A stretch of DNA of 63,949 bases, filler included, from Trypethelium eluteriae (taxonomy: Eukaryota): NCBI GenBank assembly GCA_051942245.1. It is 3 parts of 3 records of this genome, joined end to end, with 100 filler letters (N's around TTAATTAATTAA, not from the genome) between each part and the next. Parts side by side here need not be neighbours in the genome. Positions count along the whole stretch, not along the records: positions 22,530 to 44,892 come from JAVECL010000445.1; 2 more parts are not named here. One strand, written 5' to 3'. Below the pieces are notes generated by a model. It searched no databases, was not told where the DNA came from, and saw only the letters and a list, made by a program, of their open reading frames with translations. A program made the position numbers and the translations under genes. Every line of letters begins with the position of its first letter. The first letter of the stretch is position 1. This document shows, in pieces, positions 25,479-37,864 of the stretch.

Positions 25479-28400
25479 ACTAAATGAGTTCGTCTCCTGA
25501 AAAAGCAAAAAGGAGATAAAGAATTAAATAAGAGAAGTAGAGTGCCTGCTCTTACCTGTCTCTGGAAAAAGCAAAGAGAATGGATTGGAGATGATAATGA
25601 TCGATGGATTAGAGTCCATTCTTCTTATACCTAAAAGCATCACTGACCACTTACTTTAGTCACCAGGGACCAGTACAGAAAGACGCGTGAGTAACAAGCC
25701 AAGAGCTTGATCTTCATCGAGTGCAGTCATCAAGTCGTCAATCCATGTTGGCATTGGGAGGAATGAGATCACAATGTGGAATGAATGATACGACTGAGTC
25801 GAATATAACAAGGACGCTCCAACAGCAATGAGTTCGTAGTAGAAGATGTTGCATCCCGCATCGATTTCGGATCGAACTTAGAACATCGTCGGTGGGCCAT
25901 GACTGAAGCTCGCACTAGTCTGACAGAAGGAAGCGCGAGGGGAAAGACAGAAATGCGATGAGATTAGCTCAATTGGTCCATACGGTCCATGCCTCTGGGA
26001 TAATCGGGTAAGAATGGCACATGACGGGGATAGCTTCAAGAAATTCCATTACCACCCGGTAACTCCTCCAAAACCCGCTCCGTTACTAGCATGCAGATAC
26101 ATCTCGTACATGGAAGGGCCCGAAAAGAGATGGAGTTCCAACTTCCTCCTGGGATCTTGGAAATATCCGAAGTGTGGCATCGTTTTTGGTGGTGTTTGAT
26201 TGCGGATACTGTTTCGGGCCAACTTGGATGCGAAAATGCCATTGGCTACGATACGGTACGGTATGCGCGGGCGCTGTATTGAAGCGAGTTCGTAACGCTG
26301 TTGCATTCGTGCGGATCTCGCTAGATTGAATTAGGGCGCTGCAATCTTGATACATACCTTACCTACAGGACACTCGAATCTCTGTCGTTGGCAGTTATGG
26401 CTAAGCTGCCTTCCTTGTGCTGTTAGCTGGATGTCCAGCTCAGCTCCACCTGGAGATAAGTATCCAGCCCTCAGTGAGAGGTATGCGGCAAAGAAGTCAG
26501 CCCTTCAGTACCTTGACGACAATCAAGCTTTGCGGGCAGTGGTTCCTTCGCTAAGCACCTGGCCTGGCATATCCAAATGTGGCGGCTTTCCTGAAGATCT
26601 AATACATTCGCAGCCGAGCTTCCTTGGAGATGTTTGCTTAAGTCGTCGCGCAATCTGACTGATAACACTCTAGCCGCATAAGTCCAACGGATCTTTGGAC
26701 AGATAAGACAGTTACTGAGGGTCTGTCTGGAGGACTGGAGCCTCTCAGTTGGTGTTGTTGCTGCTTTCCTACGGAGATAGAGACGTGGTGAGTGCTTCTT
26801 TTGCGTTTGGTTGGGGCCACGGGAGATCCAACGCGAACTAAACTAGAGTACTCTAGCCTCGACGGCCGAAAGCCTACCTAAGAGATGCCCTTTGAGACCG
26901 GCGGCAAAGACAATAGTCCTCGACGCTTACCGCTATCCTACCTTAACTTACTACTGGGTAGGTATCTTCGAGTTGCTCGATATTGCGGTGTTCAAAGCGC
27001 TTCCCTGTGAAAGTAGACATCCATGCAATCTCTACGAAACCATGCCAACTTTTGACAATTTTCTTACGCTCATTAGAATCGGCTTCGAAGGCACGAGTAT
27101 TTTACGATAATCATGTCACAGTACACTAAACACTCCGTGACCACGGTTGCCTACAATTAGAGTGTGGGCGCAAGTCCAACCGGAAATGTCCCGCTTGACC
27201 TGGCAGCCTACCAATGAGTCTCCCCACACAAATCGCGGGTTTTTCTACGGAAACATAATTAATGATTTTCAAATGCATGGTTGTCAGTATCTTGCAGAAA
27301 TTTGGCAATACTCACCGAAACAAGTTTTCGCTATCCAGTCTTCGCATTAATCGAAAATCTAATTGATCGTAGGATAGGGCTATCCTTTGGACGTCACTCC
27401 AAAACTCTCACATGATCCAGCAAAAGCCAAAGTCAACTGTTGATTTGGGGGGTTGGGCATATGTCGGAGGTCTATTGTCAGGTTTATTGTCAGGCCGAGC
27501 AAAGACAGGAGACATCTACGGTCCTGGAAGCGTGTATTCTGATCTGAGACTTCTTCGCAAGTGGTTTTCTGGAACTATCGTGTTGCATTGACTTCGGTAT
27601 AAGCTTCTAGATATCCGTTAGAAATTCTCCGGTGCTTCTCTTTAATAGAAAAGAAACGTTCTTCCTCAGAATCTTAATACTCCGGTAGGGATGGTTGTTC
27701 CCTGCGATCTTTGCAAGTATGCTTGTCGAGTCATCCATCGAATCAGGAGAGAAAACGTAGGACAATCTAAACTTGTATGCTGTCGAGACGAATAGAAATA
27801 GTAGGCAACGAGAAGCTTTAGCAAATCAAATGATAGGATAGTTACTTATCGAAATAGCAGAGTATTGGAGAATGCCTGATATCAATACATGGATTGTTGA
27901 ACGACCGACAGTAAGGTATGTTATCTGTTAAGCACAAAGAAAGCAAGAATATCAGAATTTGATACCCTCAATATTAGGGGTAGTGTATAAGGATTTTCCC
28001 TCCTCGTACAATACTTAGGTACAAGGCTCTAACAAATGTTTCTCTGTGCGATATCCAGACTACTCTCTCAGCATCTCATCAAGTAGCTTACGACATTCGT
28101 CCAAAAATGCGCCTTTCAGAGCCCAGACACGGATCGGTCTTGTGCATGGCATGCCTACGTCAAAGGACTTACAATGCGCATCTGCAAGCCAGCGCAGGAA
28201 AGGTTGACAGTGGCGTCTCAGACGATCTCAAGAGATCGGCATGAGCAAGCAAAGATCGCCATAATCGCGTGGCGTCTTTGCTAGCTTGCCAAATCCAAGA
28301 GTCATTCTGTACACCCTATGCATTTTCACGTGTATACCATACCTTTCGAGTTCTGCTTATCTGGGCTTAATATTGTAATGAGATGGAGACAGAGTGCTAG

Positions 28401-29321
28401 CGTTCACCGCGAACAAATAGGAATGAAGTGAGAAACAAAGGATCATCCGAAAACAGTGACGTACCTCTGAACGTGCGCGTTTTGTGTTCCACACGGACAC
28501 GCAAAACGTCACATCAATAAATGTGCCCGCGGCCGAATGTCGTGCAGCGTCCAGTCTGAAATGACGCGCGAGAAATTGTCGTGGTCTCTCTATTTGTCGT
28601 GTCACGGGATGCCGAAGGCGCTTAAAGCTCGTTAAGCAAGATTGGTGATCATCGTTGGCAAGAATGAGGCGACTGGCGAAACAGTAGTCAAGCCAATATC
28701 AATGGGTTGGTGTTTTCACTTAGAGCGGAACGGAACGTTAAAAGAGACTGCGACTTAGTGACACAGCAGGGGGAGACGCGTGGTTGTCGCGAATTTAAGG
28801 CGTTGGATGGACGTCACTGTTGAAGCATACATCCTTGGGTTACAAGTTGACTATGTTGGCGGGACTTCGGTTTTAAAGATGATAGTAGTACAATGGTTGT
28901 CGCTCTGTTGGCGTAGAAAAGGATGTTGTGATCCAGAGACTGCAGCACAGTAGCCAGTCGCACCGATGCCGAAATAAGAACCTTTGATAGGAGGAAGCGG
29001 ATGAATTTGCTTGCCGCATCCCGAGCCCTTTTCTGGCTATTGAACCATGTCGCTAACCTTTGGTCGAGCTTTGGCCTTACGATGACGATGGCAAGCGCAT
29101 GCCGTTCAAACCCCCTTGCGCCGTCACACTGTGTACTGTTGCGTCGAAACTCCAGGGAAATTGTAGGAAAGAAAAGTAGCAAATAACACAAGTTGAGAGA
29201 AGTCCGAAGCAACTTTTGAGATGCCGAAGTCGAAGACCCATGACCGCGCAGATGCTCTACTTTGCTGCGCCTCACGCCAGGAATGAAGGTCCCTCAAGAT
29301 CTAGACCATGTCAGCCTTATC

Positions 29322-30356
29322 TTACCTACGAGAATAACGATCGTCACGAGGGTCAGCGCGCGGCTCAGCGCGGGGTTCGGCACGAGGATCAGGGCCACGA
29401 GTATCAAAAGATCGGCCTCCGCTGCCGTAGTCCTTGCCACTGTAACCGCCGCCACGGGATTCGCGATCATAATAGCCACCACCACGACGCGATTCATGGC
29501 CGTAATCGCGCGAAGATGATGCGTAACGGTCGATATGGCGAGACCCATATCCTTCGCGACGACCGTAGGAGCGATCATCATATGCTTCCCTGTTACGGCT
29601 ACTGCGACTGCCGCCGTGGTCATCATATCCACGGTATCCACGACGATCATCATAGCGATCCCGATAACGACCACGTGGAGGTCCGCGAAAGTCGTCTAGG
29701 AGAGAAGTCAGTAGGTATCCGTATCCAAAATCAAGCAAACTATACCTCGTTTAGGAGGACCATAGTATTGACCAGGAGTGGGAGTCCGGGGACGCGAACG
29801 GCGAGCCTTCTCAATACTGATAGTCCTGCCTTCATAGACTTCACCTTGCAACCCTTCTTTGGCGGCGTCTGCTTGGTCAGGAGTCATCATGTTCACGAAT
29901 CCAAACCCACGTGAATCACGGGTGTGTGGATCGCGCATGATGTTGCACTTCTCTACCTGGCCGTATTTCCCAAAGAGATCTGTAATGTCATTCTCGGTCA
30001 AGCGTGGATGAATGCCAGTGACGAAGAGATTAGTGCCAGAATTAATGGCATCTTCCTCGTCCTCTTGAGGGCGGGAGACCGCTGGCGGACCACTGTAATG
30101 TTCTTAGCTATGTTCATTGTGATTGTTTGAAGATTGAATGTACCGAGTATCCAAGGCTCCACGTCCGTTGGGTGAAGCACTCCGAGCCCGGCTGTCACGA
30201 TCATGGGCATCAGGTCGGGGAGATCGAGAGCGGTCGCGTTCGTAGGCGCGAGACTCTCCTTGAGCATCTAAAATAATATGAGAATTAGCACAAGCTGTTG
30301 AATGCATTGCGAATGATTGTACCATCGTATCCGCGAGACTCATCTTCGAACTCCAT
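29322..30356 (-). CDS. Tra2/SR-like RRM RNA-binding protein; introns 30268-30322, 30093-30143, 29696-29745
   Basis: RNP2 NLFVTGI, RNP1 RGFGFVNM, Tra2-type ARRSRPRTPTPGQYYG, and RS/RD/RG-rich termini. Confidence 0.9.
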
Positions 30357-30950
30357 CCTGGGAATCAACTCAGCTGGGCGATTGAAACAGAGATGCAGGC
30401 AACGTTGAAGATGATCAGCTTCAGATGCAGCTGGGTTAGGAAGCACAGAATGAGACGTAGAAGGCAATAAGGTTGAGGAAAGTGGACGGATTCCGGTGGA
30501 ATTGAGAAAGACAAAACAAAGAAGCAGGTTTGGATTCTTCAGAGAGTGAGGTCGCGCTGCTGCGCGTCGCCGCTTCTGGAATCTTCAGTCACGTGGCTTG
30601 GCAAAATCACCTGACTTACGAGCCAATAATCACACGTCTAATACTAGCAAACCTTAAGGCAACGGAAATGAAAGATTAACACGGCACTTCGTGATTGCCG
30701 TCTTTTGACTGATGTGAATTTTCAATCTACTCTCAAAAACGAGAAAATGATGATTTCAGATCAGTTCAAAATGGTATCAATTGAGAAGAATTATAGTCGC
30801 CATAGAAGCAGATAGCCGTCCCGGTATTCGTATACACTTGACTTTCCCTGAGTCTAGGCCGAAGACCTCCTCTCTCCCATGTTTGACCGGTCAAAACTTT
30901 CACCGCATTCTGTCCGTTATCAATTCCACGCCAAGACTGAATTCCCATTT

Positions 30951-30984
30951 CACCTTGCACCTTGCACCTTGCACCTTGCACCTT
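30951..30984. repeat. 7-bp tandem repeat (CACCTTG) x~4.8, just 3' of NTO1
   Basis: caccttgcaccttgcaccttgcaccttgcacctt. Confidence 0.9.
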
Positions 30985-31037
30985 CAAGCATTCAAAGTCC
31001 GCGCTTCCCCACATCTACAGGCCAGGCCATCCGACCC

Positions 31038-34000
31038 TCACCAGCACTTGTTCCTACTTCTCCTTCTCTGTTCCTTCCTCTTCTTCCGTGCTCGCTCCTT
31101 CTCCCCCTCCTCCTTCTTCCTTCTCTCTACCTCCGCCTTCTCTCTCGCCACCTTCTGCTCTCCTTCCAAATCATTCATTGTATCCTCATCGATATCGCTC
31201 AGGCCCCCATCACTCATCTCCTGCAGCACTGACGGTCCCGTCCACCGCTCGTCATGAATTGTCGTACCGACTGGATCGAACTCGACGAAGTACCAGGGGA
31301 TGCCTCCTTCGAAGGGAGCTGTAGTGTCGGCGCGGATCCCGTGAGTGGTGGCAGATGTGGATTTGAGGTCAGAAGTGTGGCTAGGGCGCTCGTGTTGTTG
31401 ATGGCGGTCTTTCTCTTTTTCGGAGGAGGGAGGGGTGAGGGGTTCGGTATGGCCATTTGGTTTAGGAGAGTGTTCTTTCTTAACTTTCTGCTGAGTGGTA
31501 TGAGAAGTACCAGTGTCGGTTGCTTCGGGGTAGACGTTGTCGGGAGAAGCGCTATGTTGGTGGCCGTTGACTTTAGTCATCGTACCATCACGAGCGACAG
31601 TCACGATCTCGACGGAAGGCTCTTGGTGTTCGTATGGGTAGATGCCGTTTACGATATGATTGTCTTCGGGTTCGACATCACTGTCGTCTGCGCCGTTCTC
31701 TCCGCCGCTCCCTATACCACTGACTCGTTCTCTCGGGTTGACATGGTCACTAGCGCCCGCGTCGGCCTGGGCTTCGCCCAAATCAGGTGCCATGGAATTG
31801 CGGCGCGAACCAGCGCTCTCCAGAAGCGCGTCAAGGTCTTTGAGTTCCTTTTCAAACGGTTTCCGCCGGAGTTCTGCTTCCTTTTTAGTCGCATCTTCTA
31901 GAGGGCCTTGAAGAGCTTTTACAATCCGCTTCGCGAGTTTCTTCTTCTCCTTCTCTCCAGCACTAAGTGAATTGTGCTCTACTGTGCCGGGTGCAAGCAC
32001 ATCGTTGAGTTGTTCATGGGCTTCGATAGCGTCCGTGACAGAGCCGAGTCCTGTAATCGACTTGAAGACGGAGCCGAGATCGGCAGAAAAGGTCGAGACA
32101 GACGTATAGAATCGCTCTTCAAGTTTAGTTTGAATGTTCTTGAACCCGTCGGCAAAGAGGCCTTTGGGATCGAGTGCCTCAGCCTTTTCTAAGATCGGCC
32201 ATAGAAGAGGGGGTATTGGAAAATAGACTGTGTCGATGATTTCTTTCAGAATCTCCACGTCCTTCAACTTTTCCATTTCACGCTCTTTGACCTCTGCGCA
32301 AAGCCTACGCAGATGGTCCATATCATTTTGCAATTGCTCTGCAAAATCGATTCGCCTTTGCAACCTCGGTCCGCCTGCAGCTCCCATACCGGCAAAATTT
32401 CGCCGTGTGATTTCCATGGATGTAAAGGATTCCATTTGGAGTTGGAGTCTCTTCAGAAGAGCTGCCCCTCGCCGAGCTTCTCGCTTTAGTGTCCAATACT
32501 TGCATGCCTCTGCAACGTACTCCTTGCGCTTGCGGATGGAGAATCGTTGCAGAGAGGCTTCTACCGTGTTGAACACCACGTGTGGCACAACTGGTGCCCC
32601 AGAGGGTAACCGCCAGATATTCTTGGGAGGCTGAGTGCTACGCTTCCTCTTTGTTCCAGCAACAGCAATCTCGTCACCATCCTCAACCGCTTCGGCAGTC
32701 GGTACTGGTTGTGAAGAAGTAAGAGGCAATGCCGATTGCTGGCTGTCAGCCCATCTTCGGCCTTTCATGGTATGTCGATAAAAAGACTTGGCTTCAGTAG
32801 TAGCATGATCGACATCGTTATCCCTTCTCCATTCCGGTGGAACATGTTTGTCGCAGAACGCGCGGAGGATACTGGCATCGAGATTCGCTGGGCCACCGTG
32901 GGTGGATTTCATTTTCAAGAAGAGCTTTGCTCGCCTTGCGCAAGTGACGTGGAATGCCTGATAACAATTCTTGTTCCCGCATTGAATGCATGCGCCCATT
33001 TTTTGGTGACAGATATAGCAAGTCTATTTGGCCCAGATTAGTACTAGCTACAACATAGCTGAACATTGACATACCAATTTCCATCGTTGCTTGGGAACTT
33101 TTTCCACGTCCATAACAGGCTCCATAAAGGTAGAATTTCCTAGAGTCACTTCCGGAATCCATATCGCACAGAGCAGATGCGACCATCGCAAGCTATTAGT
33201 TTGCTTAAAAGCGCCGTCAATATTGGGACAAAAGATGCATGTCTATCCCAAGTCAGTTTTCAGATTACTATCCATGATGGTGTGGGTTGTCACTTACCGG
33301 TGTCCCTCGGCCAATCAATTGGCACTTGCGGCAAAGCCATTGACCCTCGGGGATGAAGGGGACGCCATAACATTCCTGATGCACTGCCAAATCACAACCA
33401 TCGCAAAAGACGATGGCGTTGGTATTTTCGCAGTCCCCATCATCACATATCGCACACTTGGTATCCTGCTCTTCCCCTGGTCCTGAAGGCTCACCATTCA
33501 CCGCAGCAGCGGAGCTGGAGCGAGGCCGATGAGTCTGCGGAGGTTTGGGATTTGGCTTCGGTATCCCTACAACATCATTCTCAGTAATTGAAGCAACACG
33601 ATGAACCAAGCACAAAAAAGCTTACGTTTCTCTAGGGAATGCCATTCTTTCTCAATCTGCGTCATAGTGACTTCGAATATTGCAGGCTTAATCGCCTCAA
33701 CTTGCTCGTCTTTCCGATGTGCGTTGTATCCGTCCAGCCATCGCTCATCCTGCTCGTCCATATCATACTCTACACAGCTTATCGAAGGGCCACCTCCGGC
33801 ATTGCTGCCCTCGACATCAGATCTCGAATTCGTTGCCATGTCAAGGTCTTCTTCTTTAGATCCTTCGGGTATTCGAATCAAGGTTTTTTCTGGCTTTGCA
33901 AACATCTCGCTCTCTTGAAAGCCAACGCTAGCCATTGTCCGATCGACGTAATTGACCTGCACAGCACTATCCTGCTCAAATGATGTGAATGTATCGACTT

Positions 34001-34826
34001 TACGAAAAGAAGGTTTCGGTAGATTTAGGCGCTCTTTAGGATTTTGCGCAGGTAGTGGCACAATCTTTGGTAGAGGTGGAGACCCCAATCCTGTCAACAT
34101 GGACTCCGGTCGACGCGGTGGCCTACCAGGTCTTCGCTTTGGTGTAGTAAGAGAGCTATTGCTTGAACCCTGGGGTGCATCGCCCATCGAACCACCTGTT
34201 GTCTCGGTCTTGAGTTGTGTAGGCGTCTTTTGTGCATGCATCGAGTCATCCACAACTGCAGATGTCCCGTCCGCTACTGCTGTTTCCAGAGAATGCTTCA
34301 CACTCAATCCGGGAGTCATTGGTAGAGTATCCGTAGTCTTTACTCCATCAACCTCATCCGCGCCAAAGACCGTGAACTCTACCTCGATGTCTAGATCGGG
34401 ATGGAACTCCTCCCAGCCTCTTTCCTCCCGTGGCTTATATCCATCGCTCTGAGCCACGGCAGCAGCAGCTGTTGCAGCAGGACTGTAACGTGGTCGTGGG
34501 GGAGGTCTGTCGCGTCGAGGACGACTCGAGGACGCGGTCTGCGTAACCATGGCCGGGGAGAGCAAATCGTCGTCCTCGTCTTCTTCGTCGCGTATTACAG
34601 GTCTCGTCCTTCTCGGCGCGGTGAAGCTCAGGCCTCGGCTGCCACTCCCGGTAATGGGGGTCTCTTTGCCCTCATCATCTATGTATCGTCCGCCTCCACC
34701 AGGACCGCCTGGTATGTACTTTCTCCGCTTCGGAGGAGGAGCGGAGCCAGGAGGCAGAGGGCGCACTCTTGGTCGGCCCGGTCCACGTGCACTACGTCTC
34801 TTTGGAGTGTCTGGCATCGGCGACAT
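31038..34826 (-). CDS. NTO1: NuA3 HAT complex PHD-finger subunit (EPL1-like N domain plus PZP module; BRPF-like); introns 33567-33625, 33243-33297, 33024-33074
   Basis: [90 protein letters not shown]. Confidence 0.92.
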
Positions 34827-35423
34827 GCGCCTAGCCCCAAGAATAAGTAACGGCTAGAATCCTGTGTAGACCTGGGGGTAATGCTTTGATAGCGTTATCA
34901 CGAATGGAACGGTCAGCAGGTGGGATTTGCGGAGAGTCGTACGCGTGTCTAGATCGAAGACGAGCGCAAAGGAACGAGCGCGCATGTGGTCAAGCTACTG
35001 GTCGTTCCCTCCGTCTCCAGCGTGGTTGGTGATCGCGTCGGAGGGAGTACGTTTAACTCCCCACGCTAGGCCAAATGGGAATAGCGGCTCGGCAAAATTA
35101 AGCTTATTTGGCCGCCCGGCTCGCCGGTCTTGATATCTTTGGTGCTCCGGCTACTTGTCCAGGGCGTGGCGCGCTTTTCTAGAGTTCTGGGTGCCTGGTC
35201 TGGTGAGCCTGCTTTAGACTTGTCTCGTCAGGATTACGTCTATGCAATTCAATGTGGCCGTCGCTTGCATACCTGGCTTCACTGCAACTCTTCTTTTCTC
35301 TCTTGCCTCTGCATCAACTTGAAAGCGGTGGGCAAGGAATCGCATGCTGCCATCATTAGCCCAACTCGTCCTTGGTCCCGCTCGACCAGCCCTTTGGATT
35401 CTTGCTCATGACATCTCCGCCTA

Positions 35424-36473
35424 ATGATGTCAGATGATGATCTCGTCCGATTTGCGAGGGTGGTTTCCTTGTAAGTTAACACGTGCTTTCAGCATTGAGT
35501 TGACTGATCCTTGGTTTTCCAGTCTGCTGGGTTGGACATAGTGGGTCTACCATTTTCCCATTTTCCGTGTTCTGTTAGTAGAAGATAGGTGGCATTGACG
35601 TATCCCAAGCTTCTTCTGCTGGTCAATATCATTTTATCCGCAGCCGCTTGAAAATTGGCGTCGCAGGTCAACCGCCGGTGTAGCAGTTGATTGGCCGTTA
35701 GCAAATCTTCCAGCTTTCGCCGCATATACTATTTCCACTTCCGTGTTTCTTTACTCTCCATCAATACGCTCACAGTACGCGTTTCGTCATCCACAAGCAC
35801 CTCGGCCGACAGTTGAGTTGAACGACTTGGCTTTTGCAGCTCACGCCTTCATGGTCAGCGTAATTTATTACAGTCAGTTCTGGCCTTCTCTGTGGGGTTT
35901 CAAGTCTGGAAGTGGCAGGAACGCGACAAAGCCCACATTGGGAGTTGTGTGGGGCTCGCTCTTTGGGGCCTTCATCGTCGCACTAGTTATTCTTATTAAG
36001 GGACGGGACTTCGGGAATGATGCCGCAGGGTGGGCATGGATTGATGAGGTCAGAAACGTTTTTTTCCCCTCTGCAGAGCCGTATCTACTCACCATAACAT
36101 CCAGATATACGCTCTCAGCTATGTCAAGCTTATTATAACTGTTGTCAAGTATATGCCACAGATCTGGCTAAATTACAAGGACAAGTCCACAGTCGGCTGG
36201 AGCATCGTGCAAGTCATGTTAGATTTCATTGGGGCTATACTGTCGCTTTTGCAGCTCTTCATAGATTCTGCCCTCGAGGGGGATTGGTCCGGTGTTACAG
36301 GTAATCCAGTGAAGTTCATGCTTGGAAATCTTGGCGTCGTTTTCAACATAATCTTCATTACACAGCATTGCATCTTATACAGGCATGCTAAAGACATCGA
36401 GATCGAAAGGAACACTGATGAGCAGCGGCCTCTACTTGGGGCAAATGGGCATACACACAACGCAAACAGCTAG
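35424..36473 (+). CDS. Cystinosin/ERS1-like PQ-loop lysosomal/vacuolar cystine transporter; introns 35471-35522, 35541-35609, 36049-36104
   Basis: The spliced product has GWTYFFCWSISFYPQPLENWRRRSTAG and KYMPQIWLNYKDKSTVGWSI, plus GNPVKF and a C-terminal EQRPLL dileucine signal. Confidence 0.9.
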
Positions 36474-37099
36474 CATTACGAAAGTAAGACGTATGAAGAT
36501 TCTTAAGAGTAGTTGAAATTACCTTGTTGATACTACAGAAATTCTTACGTCCTTCTGGATCGCCCATTAAAGCATACGTCGAGGACTCAAACCCACGAAG
36601 TACAGAAGCCCAGACAGGTCGCCAAGAAATATAGAGCTTCCAAGGTGGCTTAGATGTCCTGATTCAGCTCACATGAGATCGACTAGTTACTTTGCTTTTT
36701 TACTTTGGGATTTCCAATCAACTATCGTGGAAATGGATAATTGCTGCTACCTTTGTGAGAACCTGAAGAAGTTTGGAAAGTGATCTAGACGCCATTTGGC
36801 CATCAAAAGAAGCTTTCGATCATTGAAACAAATATATGCCGTTTGTCTAAGTTTGTTCGTAAGAGATACTTCCGAGCTCCAGGCCATCGGGATCCTTCAT
36901 TCTCACTATTGCAGGCCACATGCATGTTTCTAACAACTTCATGTGTCATCAATATCATCAAAACATTACCAATTCCTCATCTAATGATGATAACTCCACA
37001 CTAAAGTAGAATTGTATGAATGCAAAACTTTGCAGAAATATGAAGGCGGTCGGTTATCTACAAACCAGCCCTCTCCTCAATCCACTATAGCTTTTTCGA

Positions 37100-37500
37100 G
37101 CGTTCAGGTCGTGCGTCTTACGACAGACCCCAATCTCGTTGTTGAGAGTGATCTCAAAGAACCCCAATCTCGTTGTTGAGAGTGATCTCAAAGAGCCAAA
37201 CTCGCCTTCGCTATCTGCACTAGCTCTATGAAATTGGCCTCTCTTATCTATTAGTCAAAGTCAACGCATATGGGCTAGGAACTTTGAGTAGCCTAACCCA
37301 AGCAAGACCGATGTCGAGCTCGTCGAAGACAATTGGGTTACACTACGTCTGGTGCTACAAGCTGTGAATCTGCGCTACAAGAAGCATGAAGAGCTCAATA
37401 ATTGTGGGACCGACCTTCTCTATTCGTTGGCTGAAATATGTAACAAACACGATGTGGCTCGTATCCTGAGACTTTGGATCCGCGCATGTATTTAGCAAGT
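37100..37500 (+). pseudogene. Decayed BTB/POZ-domain gene
   Basis: Translated fragments FAICTSSMKLASLIY* and DVELVEDNWVTLRLVLQAVNLRY..LLYSLAEICNKHDVARILRLWI match the fungal BTB consensus. They are interrupted by stops, frameshifts and a 34-bp duplication. Confidence 0.65.
37127..37194. repeat. Perfect 34-bp tandem duplication
   Basis: accccaatctcgttgttgagagtgatctcaaaga x2. Confidence 0.95.
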
Positions 37501-37864
37501 CATCGATGCTAAGTCTCTTGAAGAAAAGTCTCATAGCGGTATCACGATTCCTAACTCAGCGTAGCAGAAGTCTTCGAAAATGAAGACTTTTGAAGATAAT
37601 TCACAGAAGAGAACCAGCATGACTGCTGCAATACTATAAATTTGGATGTTACTTGCAAGCCATTACTTTGACTATGATATATACTCACGAAACCAAAGCT
37701 AGTTTCGGTTCAGCCGAATCAAGACTGATACTGAAAGAGGGGATTTGAGGACTACTAATATAAGCTAGCCTCCACGATGCAGAGTTGGTTTTCAATTTAA
37801 TACTAGAGTATATACACAAGGAGAGAGAGGCAAGTTTGGTTGATCCTGGACTCCTCATATCCTG

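Noticed and set aside
29216..29914. 232-aa His/Arg-rich plus-strand ORF
   Set aside because: Antisense shadow of the repetitive Tra2-like coding sequence.
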